Translations under genes and position numbers: made by a program
Part shown: piece after piece, positions 22,063-31,014 of the stretch
How positions within the stretch are numbered: position 1 is the stretch's first letter
Layout of the letters: each line of letters starts with the position of its first letter
Notes under the pieces: generated by a model
Told to the model about the DNA's origin: nothing
What the model saw: the letters and a program-made list of their open reading frames with translations, nothing else
The model's database searches: none
Source: an uncultured Clostridium sp.
Lineage (GTDB): Bacteria; Bacillota; Clostridia; TANB77; CAG-508
Direction of reading: 5' to 3'
Assembly (NCBI GenBank): GCA_947073285.1
Contig: CAMTJT010000001.1
Coordinates: 29,195 to 93,194, forward strand
DNA length: 64,000 nucleotides

Positions 22063-22175
22063 AAATAATACAAGCTCTACATAATTGTTGATTTCTTCAA
22101 TTTCTTCATCTATTTTATTGGTTATTTCTGACTTATTATTTTCACATAATAATTTAGCTGTAATAAAAAATATTT

Positions 22176-22396
22176 TTATTTTATTATCTTTCTTAATATT
22201 AGATAATATATGATTGCTCCTATTCCATAAACAGGTGTAAAAGGTCCATATATTAAACCTTGTCTTGATTCAAAATATCCTTTTTGAAATAGAACTACTA
22301 TCATTTCAAATATATATCCTACTATACTTCCTATTATAAATAGCCAAAATACGATAATTAATTCTTTTATTAGATTTTTTTCTCCATTTTTAATTA
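22176..22396 (-). pseudogene. PF06541-like membrane protein remnant (paralog of 3305..4157)
   Basis: Manual translation gives ELIIVFWLFIIGSIVGYIFEMIVVLFQKGYFESRQGLIYGPFTPVYGIGAI then an early stop. There is no usable start codon. Confidence 0.5.
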
Positions 22397-22446
22397 CTCC
22401 ATTTATTTTTTTATATTATATATTTATATTTCATATTTTGGTATTA

Positions 22447-22480
22447 ATTTACCTTACATGAATCTTACATTTTTGTAAGA
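22447..22480 (-). promoter_or_regulatory. second copy of the BceR-like operator/promoter, in front of the gene remnants
   Basis: ATTTACCTTACATGAATCTTACATTTTTGTAAGA differs at 3 positions from 19921-19954. A TATAAT follows on the minus strand. Confidence 0.5.
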
Positions 22481-22628
22481 TATGAAATATAGCACTTGAA
22501 CTCAAGTGCTATTCTCTGAATTTTCTGTTATCTTCTTCCTAGTTCCAACTGTATAGCCTTGTTATTCTGCAAGAGCCAAAATGTTGTTACTGATGTTTCT
22601 ATATATACTACTTTCGTAGGTTATATTA

Positions 22629-23261
22629 TTAAAATTCTTTATTTTGATATATTTTGTTTGATATTAGATATGAAATACCTATTAATATTACAGAAATTAT
22701 TGGAATTGCTATAAGTAAATAACTATCTAATCTATTTATCATATTTATAATAGATGTCATATCTACAAATTGGGCAATTAAAGCTCCTATTCCAGCAGCA
22801 CCAAATACTACTACAAATAATATTATTCTTCCATTTGTAGCTCCAAATTTGAAAACTATTGGATAAAGTAAAGAAATTATAATAACACTTGATAACATCG
22901 TTCCCATTAAGGATGATATAATCTCATCTAAATTTATACTATTTGTTTTGGTATAGCTGATTCCTATTCCTATAGCCAAAGCTCCTATTCCTAAAACAAC
23001 TGTTAAAATTATTGAAGCTATATATTTGGCTCTGACTACATTTTTTCTCCCATTTGGTAAAGTTACTGCATAAGAGTTCCAATTATTAAAATCATCATAA
23101 CTAAATGTTGATATAAATAACATGATTCCAATTAGTGGTACTATAAATGTAACATCGAATATTCCTTGAAATGCTAATATTAAATAAACTATAAATATAA
23201 TAACCATTGATTTTAAATTTGCTTTTATAAGTAAGAAATCTTTTTTTATTAATCCTAACAT
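22629..23261 (-). CDS. ABC-2 type transporter permease
   Basis: 210-aa, 6-TM ORF overlapping the ATPase stop. Confidence 0.7.
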   Translation of the reverse strand: MLGLIKKDFLLIKANLKSMVIIFIVYLILAFQGIFDVTFIVPLIGIMLFISTFSYDDFNNWNSYAVTLPNGRKNVVRAKYIASIILTVVLGIGALAIGIGISYTKTNSINLDEIISSLMGTMLSSVIIISLLYPIVFKFGATNGRIILFVVVFGAAGIGALIAQFVDMTSIINMINRLDSYLLIAIPIISVILIGISYLISNKIYQNKEF

Positions 23262-24121
23262 ACCTTTTCCCCCTTAATTACTAATACCATCAAATCTTCT
23301 AGTGTAATTTTATCTATTACACAACTATGATATTTTTTATTTGCTTGTTCTTTATCATTAACTAATATCTCATAAGCATATTTTGTTTTCTTATATGCGA
23401 TAATATCTTTTTTATCAATATTTGAAAAATAATCAATATCACATTTTAGAATTCCATAATTATCAATTATTTCATCTCTTGACTTTTGTAACACTTTTTT
23501 TCCTTTATCCATAAATATAATCTCATCTGCTATATGCTCTAAATCACTTGTTATATGTGTTGATAATAATATAGAATGTTCTTCATTTTCTATAAATTTT
23601 TGAAATATCTCTAATACTTCAGATCGAACAATGGGATCTAGTCCACTTGTTGGTTCATCTAATATTAGTAATTTGGGTTTATGAGAAATAGCTACTACAA
23701 TTTCTAGTTTTTTTCTCATTCCTTTTGACATTGATTTTAAAGGTTTGTTATCTGGTAGATTGAATTCTTTCAAATAAGAAAAATATAGTTTACTATCCCA
23801 GTTTTTGTATACATCTTTCATAGAGTTATTTATATCTTTAGCATTTAATAATTCTGGGAAAAACATATTATCTAAAACTACCCCTATATCTTCTTTTATA
23901 TTTTTTTCTTCTTTTTTATAGTCTTTTCCAAATATTTTTATTTCTCCATTATCAATTTTTATAATATTTAACATTGATTTTATTAGTGTTGTTTTTCCTG
24001 CTCCATTTTCTCCAATAAGACCTACAATAACTCCTTTTTGTATTTTTATATCAATTTCGCCTAATTCAAATTTGTCATCATATTTCTTTTTCAAATTTTT
24101 AATTTCTATAATATTTTCCAT
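23255..24121 (-). CDS. ABC transporter ATP-binding protein
   Basis: 288 aa with GENGAGKTT, MSKGMRKK and LILDEPTSGLD. Confidence 0.88.
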   Translation of the reverse strand: MENIIEIKNLKKKYDDKFELGEIDIKIQKGVIVGLIGENGAGKTTLIKSMLNIIKIDNGEIKIFGKDYKKEEKNIKEDIGVVLDNMFFPELLNAKDINNSMKDVYKNWDSKLYFSYLKEFNLPDNKPLKSMSKGMRKKLEIVVAISHKPKLLILDEPTSGLDPIVRSEVLEIFQKFIENEEHSILLSTHITSDLEHIADEIIFMDKGKKVLQKSRDEIIDNYGILKCDIDYFSNIDKKDIIAYKKTKYAYEILVNDKEQANKKYHSCVIDKITLEDLMVLVIKGEKVC

Positions 24122-24498
24122 TACATTCCCTCCCTATAAAACATTTTAAACATTTCAATCACATCATTCTCATCTATATCAAATCTATTAGAAATATCAA
24201 CAATTTTTTCCATATACATTTCTATATCTTTTTGAGCTTGTTCTTTTGCAAGTTCAGTATTTTTAGGAGCTACAAAAGTTCCTTTTCCTTGTATAGATTT
24301 TAAATATCCTTCTTTTTCTAATTCATCATAGGCTTTTTTTATAGTCATAGCACTTATTTTTATATCTTGTGCTAATACTCTGATTGATGGTAATAGCTCA
24401 TCTTCATTCAGTTCTCCCTCTAATATTTGATTTATAATAGATTTTTTTATTTGCTCATATATTGGAATAGAACTGCTATTACTAATAATCATCTTCAT
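24121..24498 (-). CDS. GntR-family transcriptional regulator (YtrA subfamily)
   Basis: 125 aa with the winged-HTH PSIRVLAQDIKISAMTIKKAYDELEKEGY. First gene of the ABC operon. Confidence 0.85.
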   Translation of the reverse strand: MKMIISNSSSIPIYEQIKKSIINQILEGELNEDELLPSIRVLAQDIKISAMTIKKAYDELEKEGYLKSIQGKGTFVAPKNTELAKEQAQKDIEMYMEKIVDISNRFDIDENDVIEMFKMFYREGM

Positions 24499-24639
24499 AT
24501 TATCGCCTCCTCATTATACAGTATATAACAGTGTATAACACTTGTCAATATTTTTATTAAAATTTTTATTTATGGGTACAAAAAAGAGCAGATATTCTCT
24601 GCCTTTCGTGCTTCTATAAAATTATAATTTATAGTTAGC

Positions 24640-25110
24640 TTTACTATTCTTTTTTTAATACTTCCATAACGGATCATATTTACTCATTATTCCATTATGC
24701 TCTGGTGTTCTTGGTCTTATTTTATGATGGCTTTTTCATAGTTCTTTTAACATTTCTTCTAAAGGATGCTTTTTCTTTATATTTGACCTGTTGTATGTAA
24801 ATTCTTCTCCATTATCTGTTTGTATTTCTTCTGTTTTATATCTATAATATTTTATACATCTATTTGCCATTTTTTACCAATCTCTTTTTGAGTATCATAT
24901 TCTTGATTATGATTCTTTGACGTTTCTCTTATTTCTGGATTATTGTAATAGCCTATTTTTCTTAGTATCAATGATGTTGGCTTTCTTGTATATCCTTTAT
25001 TCATCTTTAATTTGTACCATATTTCATTCAATGTTATATGTGGATTTCTCCTTATCAAATCTTTTATCCATTTCATTTCTTTTTCGGTATGCTCCGTTGG
25101 ATGCTTGCTT
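24640..25110 (-). pseudogene. degraded DDE (rve-type) transposase, IS remnant
   Basis: Fragments in several frames: KWQIDVK, TDNGEEFTY and IRPRTPEHNG (the DDE triad neighbourhoods), broken by stops. Only a 74-aa ORF remains (24852..25076). Confidence 0.6.
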
Positions 25111-25142
25111 AATGGTTTATGAGATTTATCTTTTTCATAAAC

Positions 25143-25631
25143 TTAATTTCCCTCCTCTCTCGTAGTTTCTATATCTAATTGTTTCTCTATACTTTCTTTA
25201 TTTACTATCCCTACAAAGGTTTTGGTTACTTCCCCATCTTTTACTATAAGCATTGTTGGAATACTCATAACATTATATTGTATTGCCAATCTTTCATTTT
25301 TGTCTACATCTACTTTTACAAATTTAACCTCTTTATGTTCTCTTGCTATTTCTTCAATAATTGGGCTCATTGCTTTACATGGCATACACCATGTTGCATA
25401 AAAATCTACAAAAACAATTCCATCTTCTTGTATTACTTCTTGTTCAAATTGTTCTGCATTTTGAATCTCCATTATCTGTATTTTTTCTTCCGCTTCATTA
25501 TTATTTAAAATATCTTCTGGGTTAGGTTGCTGTGCATTCTTATTTATTACATAGTTATATGCAATTGTTATCCCTATTAATATTACTATGAATAAAACAA
25601 TTTCAATAATTAATTTTTTCTTTTTGTCCAT
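25143..25631 (-). CDS. membrane-anchored thioredoxin-family protein
   Basis: 162 aa with an N-terminal TM segment and a WCMPC active site. Confidence 0.85.
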   Translation of the reverse strand: MDKKKKLIIEIVLFIVILIGITIAYNYVINKNAQQPNPEDILNNNEAEEKIQIMEIQNAEQFEQEVIQEDGIVFVDFYATWCMPCKAMSPIIEEIAREHKEVKFVKVDVDKNERLAIQYNVMSIPTMLIVKDGEVTKTFVGIVNKESIEKQLDIETTREEGN

Positions 25632-25642
25632 CTTCTTTCCTC

Positions 25643-26272
25643 CTAAAAAATTAATATAATTCCACTAACAATTAGTATAATACCTGCTATTTTATTTATG
25701 ATATTGTAATGCTTTTTAATATGATTAAATGTACTTTTTAATCTTTCTAAGAATATAGATGTTAAAACAAATGGTATTCCTAAACCTATAGAATAGATAA
25801 ATAGCATAATTCCACCTTTTAAAACACTTTGTGAAGTAGCGCTCATCATTAATGCACTACTTAAAAATATTCCTACACAAGGAGTCCAGCATACAGAAAA
25901 AATCATTCCAAATAGTATTGCTGAAAAAAAGCTTAATTTATCCTTACTTTTTTGAATTCCCTTAGATTTATTCAATATCTTTATATTTAATATTCCCATA
26001 TAATGCATTCCAAACAAAATAACTATAATGCCAAATACTATATTTATATATCTACTATTAGCTGTTATTAGTTTTCCTAATGTTCCTGCAAATACACCTA
26101 ATAATACAAAAATAATTGTAAATCCTAAAACAAATCCCAAGGAATTTGTAATAGTTCTTTTCAAATCTTTATCTTGACCTGCAAAATAAGATACATACAT
26201 TGGTAACATTGGTAATACACATGGTGATAAAAAAGATGCAAGTCCTTCTACAAATATGATAAAAAAATCCAT
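25643..26272 (-). CDS. ccdA: cytochrome c biogenesis protein CcdA (DsbD-like thiol-disulfide transporter)
   Basis: 209 aa, 6 TM segments, with SPCVLPMLP and a second conserved Cys segment (WTPCVG). Confidence 0.82.
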   Translation of the reverse strand: MDFFIIFVEGLASFLSPCVLPMLPMYVSYFAGQDKDLKRTITNSLGFVLGFTIIFVLLGVFAGTLGKLITANSRYINIVFGIIVILFGMHYMGILNIKILNKSKGIQKSKDKLSFFSAILFGMIFSVCWTPCVGIFLSSALMMSATSQSVLKGGIMLFIYSIGLGIPFVLTSIFLERLKSTFNHIKKHYNIINKIAGIILIVSGIILIF

Positions 26273-26290
26273 TTTTCCTCCTTCTAAATA

Positions 26291-26485
26291 CTATTTATCT
26301 ATTAAATCATATCTTTTAAATATTGTAATTATCATACTATATACTAACTTTTTTCCTAATAATTCTCTAAACTTTGTTGTTTTATTTTTTTCTTCTTTTC
26401 TTAATTTTTCTAATTCTTTTCCTAAATTCTCATATTCATCAAGAATATCTTTTAAAGCTCTTTCGAAATTTTCTAATCGTTCCAT
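26291..26485 (-). CDS. hypothetical small protein
   Basis: 64-aa ORF with a charged coiled-coil-like N-terminus. Confidence 0.4.
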   Translation of the reverse strand: MERLENFERALKDILDEYENLGKELEKLRKEEKNKTTKFRELLGKKLVYSMIITIFKRYDLIDK

Positions 26486-26502
26486 GCTTTCCTCTTTTCA
26501 TC

Positions 26503-27024
26503 TTATTTCATTTCCATTATTTCAGTTTCATTTGTCTTTTTTACTTTATTTCTAACGATGAAAAGAAATATTGGTCTTAAAATTCCTAAAGTTAGTATAC
26601 TCAATATGGTATAAATATCTCCATATTTATTAGTAGCATTTTTGTAAATTTTATGGGATATTATTATATCTAATATGAATCCAATTAATACACATACTAA
26701 AAATATTACAAATATTGCAGGATTAGGTTGTGTTTGAATATAGCAATATGTTCCACTAAATGCAGTTATACCATTTAATACTGCTACTATTATACCTAAT
26801 ATTTTATTTCCTACTATTTTTCCTAATAGATATTTATTATAAAATGGAATCCATGCTGTAAAAGGTACTTTATATTTTAAATTCTTACTCATTTGCATAA
26901 TTGCCATACTCTCAAAAATATAAGTTATAACCTCATATATTATTATAGCTATAAATATAGCAATAAATATAAAAAGCACAAACGAAAATATAGTCATTAA
27001 AATAAATACACTTATTCCTCCCAT
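26503..27024 (-). CDS. hypothetical polytopic membrane protein
   Basis: 173-aa ORF with GGGGGA RBS-like sequence upstream and a TTGACA-17-TATAGT promoter at 27046-27074. Confidence 0.6.
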   Translation of the reverse strand: MGGISVFILMTIFSFVLFIFIAIFIAIIIYEVITYIFESMAIMQMSKNLKYKVPFTAWIPFYNKYLLGKIVGNKILGIIVAVLNGITAFSGTYCYIQTQPNPAIFVIFLVCVLIGFILDIIISHKIYKNATNKYGDIYTILSILTLGILRPIFLFIVRNKVKKTNETEIMEMK

Positions 27025-27135
27025 AATTTCCCCCCGTCTTATATACTATATATTTGTATATTACACTTGTCAAGATTTTTGCAATAAAAAGAAGTAGCCT
27101 AATACTACCTCTTTTATAATCTAAATAAACCTTTT

Positions 27136-28005
27136 TTATTCTACATTATTTATTGTCATATCTTTTGTTCCTATATATACATCTCTATTTCCATTGACTT
27201 TATGCATTTTTATTATGGTGTAGTTATCATAATGATATTCCATACTTCCACCATCTTTATATACTTGTGCATTTGGAAAATCTTTATTTGCTTTTATTAT
27301 TAAACCATTTATTGTCATCTTTCCACTTCTTAATGCCTCTTGCAATGTTATAGTCTTATCTTTTATTGTAATATTTACTTCATCTAGTCCATAATAGTAT
27401 AAATTATAGTCTATATCATTTTTATTTAATTCTTTATTATTTAATACTTTTATTTTATTTCTATCTTTAGATGGTTTTACATTTAGTTCAAATTCTTCAT
27501 AGCCATCTATTAAGATATTATTTGTATCTATTTGAGCTGGATATGTTTCTTTTATAGCTCCACTATAGTTAATGATTACTTTTCTTCCTATACCATATAA
27601 ATAATCTATATGGTCTGTTCCATAATTAATTCTAATTTTATCTGCTGAATTTCTCTCTAGTTCATCTTCATTTGGTTGCACTATCATATAAGTAGTAGTT
27701 TCTTCTAATACAGTTCCTACAAAACTATGGCTGACTTGTGATGTGCTTTGTTCATTATGTTTTTCATCTTTTTCTTTTTGAATAGTTTGCTTTGTTATAT
27801 TATTATAAACTTCTTTTCCTAGTATTTCAATTTTTATACCTTCTTCATATTCATCTTCTAATGACATTAGTTTATTATAGTTAGTTACTGTATATAATAA
27901 TGCTCTAAATTCAACACTACCACCATCATTTAAATAAAATGGAATAGGAATTAATAATAATAAAATTGCAACTACTATTACTACTAAAATAATTCTTTTT
28001 TTCAT
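27136..28005 (-). CDS. hypothetical membrane-anchored protein
   Basis: 289-aa ORF with an N-terminal TM segment, directly downstream of the sigma-factor gene. Confidence 0.55.
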   Translation of the reverse strand: MKKRIILVVIVVAILLLLIPIPFYLNDGGSVEFRALLYTVTNYNKLMSLEDEYEEGIKIEILGKEVYNNITKQTIQKEKDEKHNEQSTSQVSHSFVGTVLEETTTYMIVQPNEDELERNSADKIRINYGTDHIDYLYGIGRKVIINYSGAIKETYPAQIDTNNILIDGYEEFELNVKPSKDRNKIKVLNNKELNKNDIDYNLYYYGLDEVNITIKDKTITLQEALRSGKMTINGLIIKANKDFPNAQVYKDGGSMEYHYDNYTIIKMHKVNGNRDVYIGTKDMTINNVE

Positions 28006-28026
28006 ATAATCACCTTTACCTTTCTA

Positions 28027-28908
28027 TTATTTAGACATATTTTTTCTTCTTTTTAGTTGGTGTTTTGTATAAATAATAGAAAAAATAATTGCAATGATAA
28101 AAAATAGTATTGAAATTCCTATAAAAGTGATTCCTATATAATTTGTATTATTATTTTCTACTGGCACTTCTACTAAATTTTCTTGCAATTGTGAATTATC
28201 ATTTTCTAGAACCTCGTTTTCTACTCTATCAAAGTCCTCTTTAGTAGTTGTTTCGGTTATGTCTTCTTTTACATTTTCATTTTCTGCACAGTTAGTTTCA
28301 ATGTTGTTTTGCAAATTGGTTTTGCTTTGTTCTTTCATTGTAATAATACCTAACATAACTGTTATTATAAACATTCCTAAATTGCTTAATGCTATTTTTA
28401 AAGCATATATTGCTTTATAATATTTCCATTTTACAGTTCCTGTAGGCATTTTTAGAATTTTGCCAATTTCATCAAAAGATAAGTTTGCTAATAGTTTTAA
28501 AGAAATTATTTCTTTTTCTTTATTGCAAAGACCACTTATTAGATTATTATACTTTTCTTTATCTATTATTCTATCTATTTGACTATTAGGTTCTTCTATT
28601 TCATATATATCTTCTATATTTATAGTATTATTTCTTTTTTTCCAATAATTTATAGTTTCATTTTTTGTTACAGAATATAACCAACTTGCTTCACTTTTAG
28701 AAGGCAATTTGTTTTTATCTATAGAATATATTTTAGAAAATACTATTTGAACAATATCTTCTGCATCTTGCTCATTTTTTACTATACTAAACGCAATACT
28801 ATATACTAGCTTGTTATAGTGGCTATATAATTTTTCAAATGCTTTTATGTTATTCTCTCTTATCCCTATAAACAATTCACTTAACTCTTTTTTGTCTATT
28901 TTTTTCAT
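28027..28908 (-). CDS. sigma-70 family (ECF-like) sigma factor fused to a C-terminal two-TM extension
   Basis: The region 2 and region 4 pattern (DAEDIVQIVF .. LSFDEIGKILKMPTGTVKWKYYKA) is followed by two hydrophobic helices. Confidence 0.7.
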   Translation of the reverse strand: MKKIDKKELSELFIGIRENNIKAFEKLYSHYNKLVYSIAFSIVKNEQDAEDIVQIVFSKIYSIDKNKLPSKSEASWLYSVTKNETINYWKKRNNTINIEDIYEIEEPNSQIDRIIDKEKYNNLISGLCNKEKEIISLKLLANLSFDEIGKILKMPTGTVKWKYYKAIYALKIALSNLGMFIITVMLGIITMKEQSKTNLQNNIETNCAENENVKEDITETTTKEDFDRVENEVLENDNSQLQENLVEVPVENNNTNYIGITFIGISILFFIIAIIFSIIYTKHQLKRRKNMSK

Positions 28909-29129
28909 TTACAAATCCTTTCTTTAAATTAGTTATATCATATTTTAATGTTAAATGAAAGATTTAAAAGAAAAAGAAGACGCCCCAGTTTAAACTGAGG
29001 CATCTCATTTTATGACAAAATGAATTTTATATTATCTTTTTCTTTTGGTGTTAATTCTGAAACTCTTTTCACCAAATCTAGAACCAGTTCACAGTCATCT
29101 TGGGATAAATCACTTAATTTAAAACTTAT

Positions 29130-29351
29130 TTATGATTTCTTTAGTTTATAGTTGCCAACTTCCAGCATTTCTTCATAACTAAGATCTAAAGCTCGGCAAA
29201 TCTTTTCTAGCAGTTCCTTTGGTGGTTGATATTTCCCAATTTCAATAATGCTAATATAGTTCTGTGTCATACCAACAATTTGTGCCAATTTTGTTTGTGT
29301 TAACCGCTTATTTCCCCTTGCTTCTCTTATTTTGTTAGCTAGCCTATCCAT
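29130..29351 (-). CDS. XRE-family HTH protein; contains an unshifted frame-0 CGG (29304-29306)
   Basis: 73 aa with LTQTKLAQIVGMTQNYISIIE. A +1 event at its CGG would terminate the protein after 16 residues. Confidence 0.7.
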   Translation of the reverse strand: MDRLANKIREARGNKRLTQTKLAQIVGMTQNYISIIEIGKYQPPKELLEKICRALDLSYEEMLEVGNYKLKKS

Positions 29352-29474
29352 TTTGTTCCTCCCATTACAATAGTGATTGTTAATAGTTTCTTACATGAAT
29401 ATGTAAAATTATATCATCTTTTTATGTAAATTGCAATATTTATTTCTTAATCTAATTATGAATTGCACACACTT

Positions 29475-30974
29475 CTATAATTCTACTCTTTTAGTTGCAA
29501 CTTTATTTATAAAAACTTCATCATGTTCTACAAAAATCATAGTAGGTTTATATTTTAGTATTGCTTCTTCTATTTGTATTCTTGTTAAGATATCAATATA
29601 GTTTAGTGGTTCATCCCATATATAAATATCTGCTTGTTCTGATATGCTTTTGGCAATTAATACTTTCTTTTTTTGTCCTTCACTCATTTCTTGTATATTT
29701 TTTTCAAACTCTAAAGGCGAAAACCCCATTTTGGAAAGCATAGCTTTAAATATACTTTCTTCTATTTCATTTTCTTGTATATATTGTTTTAAACTTCCCT
29801 TTAAAGTTTCTGTACTTTGTGATACATAAGAGATCTTCAGGTTATTTGCTATTTTAAAAGTTCCAGTATAATTCACTTTCTCTCCTAAAATTAATTTTAA
29901 TATACTTGATTTTCCCGCCCCATTTTTTCCAACAATTGCAATTCTATCTCCATTTTTTATTTCAAAAGATATTGGTTTAAATATTATTTTTTCTCCATAT
30001 TTTATTTGCAATTTATCTGCTATTACTAATGGATTTTTTTTACTTTCTAATGGAAGTATTTTTAAAGTTTCATTTTTATCAATATTATTTAGTAAATTAG
30101 CTTTTTGTTCTAATTCACTTTCTATTCTTTGTTCTATTACTTTAGCTCTTTTCATCATTTTAGCTGATTTATGCCCTACATAGCCTCTATCTATACTAGA
30201 ACCTGAATTTGTTGTATTATATTTTGATTTTTCTACTTTATTTGACCAACCTTCTGTATTTTTAGCCGCTACTTCTAACCTAGCTATATCTTTTACTAGC
30301 TTTTCGTTTTGAGTTAATTCAAAATTATCTTGTGCTTGTTTATTTTGTTGCCATGAAGAAAAGTTTCCTTTTTGAATGTCTATATTGGTGTTATTAATGG
30401 ATACAATATGGTCTACTACTTTATCTAAAAAGTCTCTATCATGTGATACTAAAATAAATCCTTTTTTCTTTTTTAGGTATTCTGCTATTGCTTGCCTTGT
30501 ATTACTATCTAAATGATTAGTAGGTTCATCTATTAATAAAAAGTGATTCTCTTTTAAAAATAGGCTAATTAAAAGTATTTTTACTTGCTCTCCGCCACTT
30601 AATAAACTAAAATTTCTATATAAAATTTCTGCATCTGTATTTAACAAGTTTAATTCTTTTATAATTTCCCAATCTTCTACATTTGGTACAATTTCATTTA
30701 CTATTTCAATAGCTAACTTTTCTTTTTGCTTTACTTCAAAGGGAAAATAATCAAATTCTACGCTTTTAGATATAGTTCCCTTATATTTATATTTTCCTAA
30801 TAGCAACTTTAAAAAGGTTGTTTTGCCTTTTCCATTTCTACCTATTAGACCTAATTTCCAATCTGTATCTATGTGAAAAGATACATTTTCAAACACGTTT
30901 TCTAAATTTCCATCATATCCAAAAGTTAAGTTATTGACATTAATTTGTGACATTTTTTCATAAATATCTAGCAT
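29475..30974 (-). CDS. ABC-F ATPase, Lsa-like (ribosomal protection type)
   Basis: 499 aa with two ABC cassettes and no TM segment. WKLGLIGRNGKGKTT and FILVSHDRDFLDKVVDHI closely resemble my recollection of Lsa(A). The start may be the Met at 30953. Confidence 0.8.
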   Translation of the reverse strand: MLDIYEKMSQINVNNLTFGYDGNLENVFENVSFHIDTDWKLGLIGRNGKGKTTFLKLLLGKYKYKGTISKSVEFDYFPFEVKQKEKLAIEIVNEIVPNVEDWEIIKELNLLNTDAEILYRNFSLLSGGEQVKILLISLFLKENHFLLIDEPTNHLDSNTRQAIAEYLKKKKGFILVSHDRDFLDKVVDHIVSINNTNIDIQKGNFSSWQQNKQAQDNFELTQNEKLVKDIARLEVAAKNTEGWSNKVEKSKYNTTNSGSSIDRGYVGHKSAKMMKRAKVIEQRIESELEQKANLLNNIDKNETLKILPLESKKNPLVIADKLQIKYGEKIIFKPISFEIKNGDRIAIVGKNGAGKSSILKLILGEKVNYTGTFKIANNLKISYVSQSTETLKGSLKQYIQENEIEESIFKAMLSKMGFSPLEFEKNIQEMSEGQKKKVLIAKSISEQADIYIWDEPLNYIDILTRIQIEEAILKYKPTMIFVEHDEVFINKVATKRVEL

Positions 30975-31014
30975 TTCTAAAAACTAAATATTTACTTTTC
31001 ACCTCCTTAACTTT

